A DNA stretch of 21,506 nucleotides, from the NCBI GenBank assembly GCA_041496385.1, contig JBGQEL010000071.1, positions 1 through 21,506 on the forward strand, given 5' to 3'. Source of the DNA: Candidatus Methylomirabilia bacterium. GTDB lineage: Bacteria > Methylomirabilota > Methylomirabilia > Rokubacteriales > CSP1-6. The translations under genes were made by a program, and so were the position numbers. Positions within the stretch are counted from its first letter, which is position 1. Each line of letters begins with the position of its first letter. Of this stretch, positions 14,537 through 21,506 are shown one piece after another. The notes beneath the pieces were generated by a model. That model was not told where the DNA came from, did no database searches, and was given only the letters and a program-made list of their open reading frames with translations.

Positions 14537-15604
14537 TCAGCGCGCCGGCTTCTTCCAGATGCCGCGATCGTGCATCAGCCGGATCTGCCGCTTGATGACC
14601 TTCTCCCGGTACTCCGCGTGCTTCATCGGAGCACGCTTGAGGTAGAGGTTCTTCGGGTAGATCGGCCGCTCGTAGACGATCTGGTAGAGCTCCGTCCGGA
14701 GGTCCTTCACGTAGTTGTCCCACTGGGCACGCGCCCGGTGGTCACGGAGCGCCTCGACGTCGATCGGTCCCGCGACATAGGTCGAGCCGCCGCCGTAGTC
14801 CTGCCGGCCGACGATCTGGCCGCGGTAGTTGATGACGAAGCTCCTGCCGCCGAACGTGTCGATCGGCGTCGTCTCCTCCGGGAAGAGATAGTAGGTCCCC
14901 ATGTTCGGGGCGACGACGTACATGTTGTTGTCGAGCGCACGGGCGCGGCTCTGGATCTCGAAGAACTCGTTGCCCGTCGCCGGGTGAGGGTAGGAGGCGC
15001 GGTAGACGACCTCGGCGCCGTTCAGCGCGAGGGCCCGCGCGTTCTCCCCGTACGAGCCCTCGTTCGCCATCATGATGCCGAGCCGCCCGATCTCGGTGTC
15101 GACGACCGGCCAGAACGCCTGGAGCGTGCGTCCGTACTTCTCGATCCACCAGTCGTAGATGTCGTGCGGGCAGACGGAGTGCTCGACCGGGAAGAGCGGC
15201 GAGACCTTGTAATGCTTCAGGATCAGCTTACCCCGCGGGTTGAGGATGAAGCCCACGTTGAAGAAGCGGTCCTTCCAGTCGGGATGGCGCGCCTTGGCCT
15301 GCGCGATGACGAACGCGTTGTACTCCCTGGCGATGCCGCCGAGGAATTCGGTCTCCTCGCCCGGGATGTCGATCGCGCCCTCGCGCGCGAAGGTCGCGTG
15401 ATCGAGGTCCAGGACCTCGTCGTTGAAGCCCTGCAGCGCGCCCTCGGGAAACGCGATGAGCCGCACGGGGAGGTCGAGGCTCGAGAGCCAGGACGCCGCC
15501 TTCACGAGGTGCGAGAGGTGCTCGAGGTTGATCCGGATGTCCTTGCGCTTGCGGATGCCGCGCACGGTCGGAACGAGGCCGACGGCGGTGTAGGGCTTGA
15601 TCAT
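14537..15604 (-). CDS. Nitrilase/carbon-nitrogen hydrolase family protein with Ala at the usual catalytic Cys position
   Basis: IAFPEG (Glu), FFNVGFILNPRG, HYK (Lys), GIMMANEGSYGENARALALNGAE, RARALDNNMYVVAPN, GGRSFVINYRG. Confidence 0.9.
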   Translation of the reverse strand: MIKPYTAVGLVPTVRGIRKRKDIRINLEHLSHLVKAASWLSSLDLPVRLIAFPEGALQGFNDEVLDLDHATFAREGAIDIPGEETEFLGGIAREYNAFVIAQAKARHPDWKDRFFNVGFILNPRGKLILKHYKVSPLFPVEHSVCPHDIYDWWIEKYGRTLQAFWPVVDTEIGRLGIMMANEGSYGENARALALNGAEVVYRASYPHPATGNEFFEIQSRARALDNNMYVVAPNMGTYYLFPEETTPIDTFGGRSFVINYRGQIVGRQDYGGGSTYVAGPIDVEALRDHRARAQWDNYVKDLRTELYQIVYERPIYPKNLYLKRAPMKHAEYREKVIKRQIRLMHDRGIWKKPAR

Positions 15605-16650
15605 TCGGGCGCTCCTTTCGACGGTTCGTGGTGGGCCCGGCGGACCTGGCGCCTTCGGGCGCGGCGACGCTTCAGAAGAGTGCGGATCGTGTCCCGGCTG
15701 AGGAAGACCACACCGGCGAAGTTAGAGACCAGCAGGAGCAGGCCGGAGACCACGACCGGGCGCCAGTTGACGCGTCCGGCGAAGTAGCTGAACTGCACCT
15801 TGAGCGCCTGCGGTGTGATGCCTTCCGACGGCGCGATGCCGAGCGCGACGATCTCGGCACCCGCGCGGACCCGGCTCGGCCGGCGCGAGGCCGCGGCGGG
15901 CGCGATCTCCTCGATCTTGAGGTGATCGGAGTCGGCGAAGTTGGCGATGATCAGCGAGAACTCGCGCGCCAGAGGCACGACCCGGTTGCGATGCACGAAG
16001 TAGAGCGGGTAGACGGGGAGCGCGAGCGAGCCCAGATCGCCGAACGCGACGCTCAGGATGTAGCGCCGACCCCAGAACAGCTCCTCGACCCACGTCGCCG
16101 GCTTGGGGGTGACGAGGCCCCGCAGCGGAAACGTCAGGGTGATGATCGAGAGCGGATCGGCGAGCCGCGGCGTCCAGGGGATCTTCACGTAGGCGCCCGC
16201 CCCCACCTGGCCCGCCGTCTGGCCGCGCCTGATGAAGTTGGCGTACGAGGCCGGCGGGTCCACGAGATCGCCGAGCGCCGAGGTGCCGAGCTGCATCCGG
16301 TCGCGGCCGCGGAGCGCGAGCCGGCCGGCGCTCACCACCGAGAAGCCGTGCGCCTCGAGCTCGGCCGCGAGCGCCGGGTCCGCGGGGCCGGCCGCCGTGC
16401 TCGCCGTCACCTCGGCGGGCCAGAGCAGGTAGAGGGGCTGTCTGATGTCGGCGGCGCGCCGGCCGGGGCGCGCGGTCAGGCTCAACGAGAGGTTGATGAT
16501 GACCTCGCCGAGGTCGGGCCGGACGTTGGCGACCACGAAGAGCGGGCCCACGGCGAATTCGGGATGGGGTTCGGACGCGAGAAAGACCTGCGCCCGCGCG
16601 GCCCCCGACGGGAGCACCAGGAGCAGCGCGGCGACGACGAGCGTCCTCAC
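15601..16650 (-). CDS. Hypothetical exported protein with C-terminal membrane anchor
   Basis: GTG start in a GTGA overlap; signal ARA|QVF; C-terminal TM (PVVVSGLLLLVSNFAGVVFL) and basic tail; ATGA overlap with the nitrilase. Confidence 0.75.
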   Translation of the reverse strand: MRTLVVAALLLVLPSGAARAQVFLASEPHPEFAVGPLFVVANVRPDLGEVIINLSLSLTARPGRRAADIRQPLYLLWPAEVTASTAAGPADPALAAELEAHGFSVVSAGRLALRGRDRMQLGTSALGDLVDPPASYANFIRRGQTAGQVGAGAYVKIPWTPRLADPLSIITLTFPLRGLVTPKPATWVEELFWGRRYILSVAFGDLGSLALPVYPLYFVHRNRVVPLAREFSLIIANFADSDHLKIEEIAPAAASRRPSRVRAGAEIVALGIAPSEGITPQALKVQFSYFAGRVNWRPVVVSGLLLLVSNFAGVVFLSRDTIRTLLKRRRARRRQVRRAHHEPSKGAPE

Positions 16651-17387
16651 CGGCCGCCTCCCTGCTGGCGCTCGACCTCTTCCATGATCATCGTGTTCAA
16701 GCGGTCGACCAGCTCGCCGCGCGCGACCCGGCCGTCGTTCGTGATGCGCTCGCGGATGCGCGAGGGGCGCGCCGACATGAGCACGAGCGTGGTCCCGATC
16801 GCCGCCGCCTCCTCGATCGAGTGGGTGACGAAGAGGATCGTGCGCCCGGTGTCCTTCCAGATACGACGCACCTCGTTCTGCATGATACGGCGGTTCTGCG
16901 CGTCGAGGGCGCCGAAGGGCTCGTCCATGAGGAGCAGGTCGGGCTCGATCGCGAGCGCGCGGGCGATCGCCGCGCGCTGGCGCATGCCGCCCGACACGCG
17001 CCCGGGGTGATACGTCTCGAAGCCGCCGAGGCCGGCGAGGCCGAGATAGCGGCGGGCGATCGCCAGCCGCTCGGCCGCCGGGCGCCCGAGCGGCTTCAGG
17101 ACGAGCGCGACGTTCTGCTCGAGCGTCATCCAGGGCAGGAGGCGGTCTTCCTGGAAGACGATCCCGACCCTGCGGCTCGGGGCACCGGCGACGACCGGCC
17201 GGTCGTCGAGCAGGACGGCGCCGCGCGTGGCGGGCTCGAGGCCGCCGAGGATGCGCAGGAGCGTCGTCTTCCCGCAGCCGTTCGGCCCGAGCAGGCACAC
17301 GAACTCCCCGGCCTCGACGTCGAACGAGACGCTGTCGATGACCGGGATGAGGTAGTCCTTCCCGACGCCCGAGACCCGCAGCTTCAC
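16647..17387 (-). CDS. ABC transporter ATP-binding protein (NitT/TauT/SsuB family)
   Basis: GPNGCGKTT, VFQEDRLLPW, VSGGMRQR, LLMDEPFGALD, FVTHS. Confidence 0.95.
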   Translation of the reverse strand: MKLRVSGVGKDYLIPVIDSVSFDVEAGEFVCLLGPNGCGKTTLLRILGGLEPATRGAVLLDDRPVVAGAPSRRVGIVFQEDRLLPWMTLEQNVALVLKPLGRPAAERLAIARRYLGLAGLGGFETYHPGRVSGGMRQRAAIARALAIEPDLLLMDEPFGALDAQNRRIMQNEVRRIWKDTGRTILFVTHSIEEAAAIGTTLVLMSARPSRIRERITNDGRVARGELVDRLNTMIMEEVERQQGGGR

Positions 17388-18145
17388 CGCCACGCCGCGA
17401 GCCGCCGGGAGACCGCGTCGAAGATGAGCTTGTCCACAAGCATCATCACGAGGATCATCACGAGCGCCCAGACGAAGACCATGTGGGTCGCGAGGATCTC
17501 GCGGCTGTAGTTCATGATGTAGCCGATCCCCGACGTGACGCCGAAGATCTCGGCGACGACCGAGACCTTGAGCGCGAGCCCGAAGCCCACCTTCATGCCG
17601 GCGACGAGATAGGGGAGCGTGGACGGGATGACGATCGCGACGAACTTCTGGTAGCCGTCCAGCCGGTAGACGTCGCCCATCTCGAGGAGCCGCCGGTCCA
17701 CGTTCGCGACGCCCTCGACGATGTTCGACGCGACGACCGGCAGCGTGATCATGAAGGTCGTGAAGATCGGCGCCCAGCTCGAGAGGCCGAACCAGATGAT
17801 CGAGATGACGATCCAGACGAAGACCGACGTGGCGTTGAGCACGGCGAGGGCGTCCGCGACGACGCCGCGCGCCCGGGGCGAGACGAACGCGGCGAGCCCC
17901 ATGAGCACGGCGACGGCGACCGCGCCGCCGAAGCCGGCGAGGATCCGGTACATCGAGGCGCCCGTGTGCCGCCAGATCTCGCCGGAGGCGACGATCTCGA
18001 CGAGGCCGCGGACGACCGCGCCGGGCGCGGGGAGGACGTACGCGCCGTAGCGCCAGGACAGGAGCGACCACGCGGTGACGACGACCGCGGCCACCACGAG
18101 CGTCGGGAGATGGAGCCGGTCCGCCCACTCGTCGAGCGATTTCAC
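17384..18145 (-). CDS. ABC transporter permease (NitT/TauT/SsuC family)
   Basis: LPAP, HTGASMYRILAGF, IVIPSTLPYLVAGMK, VVAEIFGVTSGIG; start uncertain (GTG 18145 lies inside the repeat). Confidence 0.92.
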   Translation of the reverse strand: MKSLDEWADRLHLPTLVVAAVVVTAWSLLSWRYGAYVLPAPGAVVRGLVEIVASGEIWRHTGASMYRILAGFGGAVAVAVLMGLAAFVSPRARGVVADALAVLNATSVFVWIVISIIWFGLSSWAPIFTTFMITLPVVASNIVEGVANVDRRLLEMGDVYRLDGYQKFVAIVIPSTLPYLVAGMKVGFGLALKVSVVAEIFGVTSGIGYIMNYSREILATHMVFVWALVMILVMMLVDKLIFDAVSRRLAAWR

Positions 18146-18295
18146 CGCTCGCCTCGCGGCGCGACGCCGCTCAGCTCGCACTGCTCGTCGAGCGATTTCA
18201 CCGCTCGCCTCGCGGCGCGACGCCGCTCAGCTCGCACTGCTCGTCGAGCGATTTCACCGCTCGCCTCGCGGCGCGGCGCCGCTCAGCTCGCACTG
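18128..18295. repeat. Tandem repeat, 3 x 56 bp, with internal hairpins
   Basis: Unit CTCGTCGAGCGATTTCACCGCTCGCCTCGCGGCGCGACGCCGCTCAGCTCGCACTG at 18128, 18184 and 18240; one A>G change in the third copy. Confidence 0.95.
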
Positions 18296-18305
18296 CCAGG
18301 CGCGG

Positions 18306-19319
18306 TCACGCGCGGTGGAAGAACTCGCGCCGGATCCGGTCCGGGCTGTCCCAGACCTCGGACTTCAGGAAGCCGAACTCCTTGTTGATCTTGAGCTGCG
18401 CGATGAGCGTGTCCACCTGCTCGTCGGGGAGCCCCGCGAGCATGCGGACCGTCTCCCTGTGCGCGACCTGGATGACCTCCTTCGGGAGCTTGGTCACCTC
18501 GGCCACGATCTCCATCGCGCGGGCGGGCTTGTTGTACCAGATGTCGACCGCGTCCTTCTGCGCCTCGTTGAGATCCCGCGCGATCGCCGGGTTCGCCTTC
18601 AGGAAATCGGCGTGGACGAGATAGCAGACGTGCACCGGGAAGCCGCCCGTCCGGCCCGTGGCCTTGCGCCAGAGGTCGATCTGCTTGACCAGGTAGACGC
18701 CCGTGCCGCTGAGCACCACGGCATCGGTGATCGGCTGCCAGGCGACGATCGCGTCCACGTCCTTCTTGGCGAGCAGCGTCACCATGTCGGGCGGCGACGT
18801 CGCGGTCACGATCTGGGTGTCCTTCTGCAGATCGAGCCCGTACCCCTTCAGCGTGAGCGCCCGGATGTCGAAGAACGTCGACGTGCCCACGATCGCGGCG
18901 ATCTTGCGCCCCTTGAGGTCCTCGACCTTCACGAGCCCCGCGTCCTTGCGCGCGACGATCGCGCCCAGCACCGCCGTCGCGACGCCCGTCACCCTGAGCG
19001 GCACGCCGTCCTCGAACGCCTTCGCGGCGAGCGCGAACGACATGTCGATCGCGTCGACGTTCTTCGAGGCGAGCTGGTTCAGGAGCGGCCCGGGCGCCCC
19101 CGGCACGATCGAGTACTCGGCCTGCCAGCCGTGCTTCGCGAGCAGGTCCTCCTTGTGGATGATCTCCGTGCCCGCCCAGCCAAGCTGGAGATACGCCAGA
19201 CGCACCTTGCCCTTGCCCTGGGCGCGCGTCGCCGCCGGCGGGAAGACCGCAGCGCCGGCGGCGGCCGCGGCGCCCGCCTTCAGAAAATCGCGACGGCCGA
19301 GCGCCGGCGGGCCCGGCAT
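18306..19319 (-). CDS. ABC transporter substrate-binding protein (NitT/TauT/SsuA-like), Tat-exported
   Basis: GRRDFLK Tat motif, VEDLKGRKIA..GTS, VDAIVAWQP. Confidence 0.9.
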   Translation of the reverse strand: MPGPPALGRRDFLKAGAAAAAGAAVFPPAATRAQGKGKVRLAYLQLGWAGTEIIHKEDLLAKHGWQAEYSIVPGAPGPLLNQLASKNVDAIDMSFALAAKAFEDGVPLRVTGVATAVLGAIVARKDAGLVKVEDLKGRKIAAIVGTSTFFDIRALTLKGYGLDLQKDTQIVTATSPPDMVTLLAKKDVDAIVAWQPITDAVVLSGTGVYLVKQIDLWRKATGRTGGFPVHVCYLVHADFLKANPAIARDLNEAQKDAVDIWYNKPARAMEIVAEVTKLPKEVIQVAHRETVRMLAGLPDEQVDTLIAQLKINKEFGFLKSEVWDSPDRIRREFFHRA

Positions 19320-19320
19320 C

Positions 19321-20709
19321 CTAGGCCTTCACCTTGGGCAGGTGGCGGAGCGCCTCCTCCACCTTCTCGGACGGATACTCGTAGTCCTGGAGCTTGCCCG
19401 CGAGGTACGCCTCGTAGGCGCCGAGATCGAAGTGGCCGTGGCCCGAGAGGTTGAAGAGGATCGTGGGGCGCTTGCCCGTCTTCTTGGCGTTCAGCGCCTC
19501 GTCGATCACGACCCGGATGGCGTGCGCCGACTCGGGCGCCGGAATGATGCCCTCGGTCCGCGCGAACTGGATCGCGGCCTGGAAGGTCGCGATCTGGGGG
19601 ACGGCCTGGGCCTCGATGATCTTCTCGTCGTAGAGCTTGCAAACGAGCGGCGCCATGCCGTGGTAGCGGAGGCCGCCCGCGTGGAGCGAGGGCGGGATGA
19701 AGCCGTGGCCGAGCGTGTGCATCTTCACCAGCGGGGTGAGCCCGACCGTGTCGCCGAAGTCGTAGGCGTAGCGGCCCTTGGTGAGGCTCGGGCAGGCGCT
19801 CGGCTCGACGGCGATGATCCGGAGCTTCTTCGCCTTGCCGGCGAGCTTGTCCGCCGCGAACGGGAACGCGAGCCCGGCGAAGTTGGAGCCGCCGCCCGCG
19901 CAGGCGATGACGACGTCGGCCTCGTCGTCGGCCTTCTCGAGCTGCTTCTTGGCCTCGAGGCCGATGATCGTCTGGTGCATCAGGACGTGGTTGAGCACGC
20001 TGCCGAGCGAGTACTTCGTGTCGTCGCGCGTCGCCGCGTCCTCGACGGCCTCGCTGATGGCGATCCCGAGGCTGCCGGGAGAGTTCGGATCCTCCTGAAG
20101 GATCTTCTTGCCGGACTGGGTATCGGGGCTCGGGCTCGCCACGACCTGCGCGCCCCAGGTCTCCATCATGATGCGCCGGTACGGCTTCTGCTGGTAGGAG
20201 ACCTTCACCATGTAGACCTTGCACTGCAGGCCGAAGAAGCTACAGGCCATCGCGAGGGCCGAACCCCACTGGCCCGCGCCCGTCTCGGTGCTGATGCGCG
20301 TCACGCCTTCCTTCTTGTTGTAGTACGCTTGGGCGACGGCCGTGTTGGGCTTGTGGCTGCCCGCGGGGCTCCCGCCCTCGTACTTGTAGTAGATGTGCGC
20401 CGGGGTGCCGAGCGCCTTCTCCAGCCGGCGCGCGCGGTAGAGCGGGCTCGGGCGCCAGAGACGGAGCACGTCGCGGATGCCGTCGGGGATCGCGATCCAG
20501 CGCTCCTGACTCACCTCCTGCTTGATGAGCTCCATCGGGAAGAGCGGCGCCAGATCTTGAGGGCCGATCGGCTGGCCCGTGCCCGGGTGCAGCACGGGCG
20601 CCGCGGGAGTCTTGAGGTCGGCCTGGATGTTGTACCACTTGCTCGGGATGTCCCTCTCGTCGAGGAGGAACTTCGTGCGGTTCTTGTCGCTGGACTTGGT
20701 CGCCATCAT
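19321..20709 (-). CDS. trpB2: Tryptophan synthase beta chain 2 (TrpB-like PLP enzyme)
   Basis: [75 protein letters not shown]. Confidence 0.95.
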   Translation of the reverse strand: MMATKSSDKNRTKFLLDERDIPSKWYNIQADLKTPAAPVLHPGTGQPIGPQDLAPLFPMELIKQEVSQERWIAIPDGIRDVLRLWRPSPLYRARRLEKALGTPAHIYYKYEGGSPAGSHKPNTAVAQAYYNKKEGVTRISTETGAGQWGSALAMACSFFGLQCKVYMVKVSYQQKPYRRIMMETWGAQVVASPSPDTQSGKKILQEDPNSPGSLGIAISEAVEDAATRDDTKYSLGSVLNHVLMHQTIIGLEAKKQLEKADDEADVVIACAGGGSNFAGLAFPFAADKLAGKAKKLRIIAVEPSACPSLTKGRYAYDFGDTVGLTPLVKMHTLGHGFIPPSLHAGGLRYHGMAPLVCKLYDEKIIEAQAVPQIATFQAAIQFARTEGIIPAPESAHAIRVVIDEALNAKKTGKRPTILFNLSGHGHFDLGAYEAYLAGKLQDYEYPSEKVEEALRHLPKVKA

Positions 20710-20759
20710 CGGCCTCCTTCGGATCTGACTGCGGCGGGCCCCGCGGGGAAAGTGCGCTA

Positions 20760-20789
20760 ACCATACGCAACCCGGGCCGCAACTGTCAA
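20760..20789 (-). promoter_or_regulatory. Sigma70-type promoter for the trpB2 operon
   Basis: TTGACA (20789-20784)-N18-TATGGT (20765-20760). Confidence 0.6.
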
Positions 20790-20832
20790 CCGAGCCTCTG
20801 CTAGACTAGGCGCGCGAGGAGGCGATCATCCG

Positions 20833-21506
20833 ATGGCGCTGACGCTGCGGTTGCCGCGCGCCGACCGAACGCTGGCCGAGTATCACCTGACGGGGACGGC
20901 GCCGCCGCTGCCGCCCGCGGGGCGCATCACGAGCCGCGTCGCCTTCGCGGCCGTGCACGTGGTCGCCGATCCGCTCGCGCCGGTCGATCCGACGCTCGAG
21001 GCCCGCCTGGACTGGGACGCGACGCTCGCCTACCGGCGCCATGTCTGGTCGCTCGGCCTGGCCGTTGCCGAGGCGATGGACACCTCGCAGCGCGGCATGG
21101 GCTTCGACTGGGACACCGCGAAGGAGCTGATCCGCCGCTCGGTCGCCGAGGCGCGCGCGATCACGGGCGCTCTCCTCGCCAGCGGCGCCGGGACGGACCA
21201 TCTGGAGCCGGGGCCGCGCGTGGCGCTCGCGGACGTCGAGGCGGCGTACGAGGAGCAGTGCGCGTTCATCGAGTCCGCCGGCGGGCGCATCATCCTCATG
21301 GCGAGCCGCGCGCTCGCGGCCTGCGCCCGGGGCGCCGACGACTACGTCAAGGTGTACGGGCGGATCCTGGCGCAGGTGCGGGAGCCGGTCATCCTCCACT
21401 GGCTCGGCGACATGTTCGACCCGGCGCTCGCGGGCTACTGGGGCTCGCGCGACCTCGATGCCGCGACGGAGACGCTGCTGGCGATCGTGGAGGAGCACAC
21501 GGCGAA
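20833..21506 (+). CDS. DUF993 family protein (DHDPS-like TIM barrel); runs off the window edge
   Basis: Hand translation (not in ORF track): MALTLRLP...RVAFAAVHVVADPL...DWDATLAYRRHVWSLGLAVAEAMDTSQRGMG...GAGTDHL...IILMASRAL...VILHWLGDMFDPALAGYWG; GAGGAGG SD; extended -10 TGCTAGACT at 20799-20807. Confidence 0.88.
   Translation, partial: MALTLRLPRADRTLAEYHLTGTAPPLPPAGRITSRVAFAAVHVVADPLAPVDPTLEARLDWDATLAYRRHVWSLGLAVAEAMDTSQRGMGFDWDTAKELIRRSVAEARAITGALLASGAGTDHLEPGPRVALADVEAAYEEQCAFIESAGGRIILMASRALAACARGADDYVKVYGRILAQVREPVILHWLGDMFDPALAGYWGSRDLDAATETLLAIVEEHTA

Noticed and set aside
18128..18295. CRISPR array
   Set aside because: Units abut with no unique spacers, are 56 bp long, and no cas genes are in the window.

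Overview
High-GC bacterial window from a diderm organism. Gene content and intergenic repeat style resemble Candidatus Rokubacteria/Methylomirabilota (inference only). Positions 1-9980 hold two divergent metal-handling operons. Leftward: CopD-cytochrome c-redoxin fusion, CusF-like protein, YVTN beta-propeller, 59-aa membrane protein, CopC, a RAPP-ending small ORF, a putative porin and a ZnuA-like binding protein. Rightward: a second RAPP-ending ORF, a putative outer-membrane beta-barrel, CopC, a CopD-cytochrome c fusion and a HAD hydrolase. The top finding is the pair of RAPP (ribosome-arrest motif) ORFs. Both lack the CxxC of CruR/CutF/DUF2946 but have a His cluster and an (H/C)-x7-H motif exactly 40 residues before RAPP. 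Both sit just upstream of an outer-membrane uptake gene, both have a local anti-Shine-Dalgarno, and both share an identical 14-nt element over the downstream RBS. This suggests an uncharacterised His-type, metal-sensing translational attenuation system (inference). The rest of the window holds a pair of 90-nt structured repeats, PMM/PGM, a CMD-family gene, HisN, a GT9 glycosyltransferase, two small ORFs (one with a sigma54-like promoter), a TrpB2-ABC transporter-nitrilase operon containing a 3x56-bp tandem repeat, and a partial DUF993 gene.
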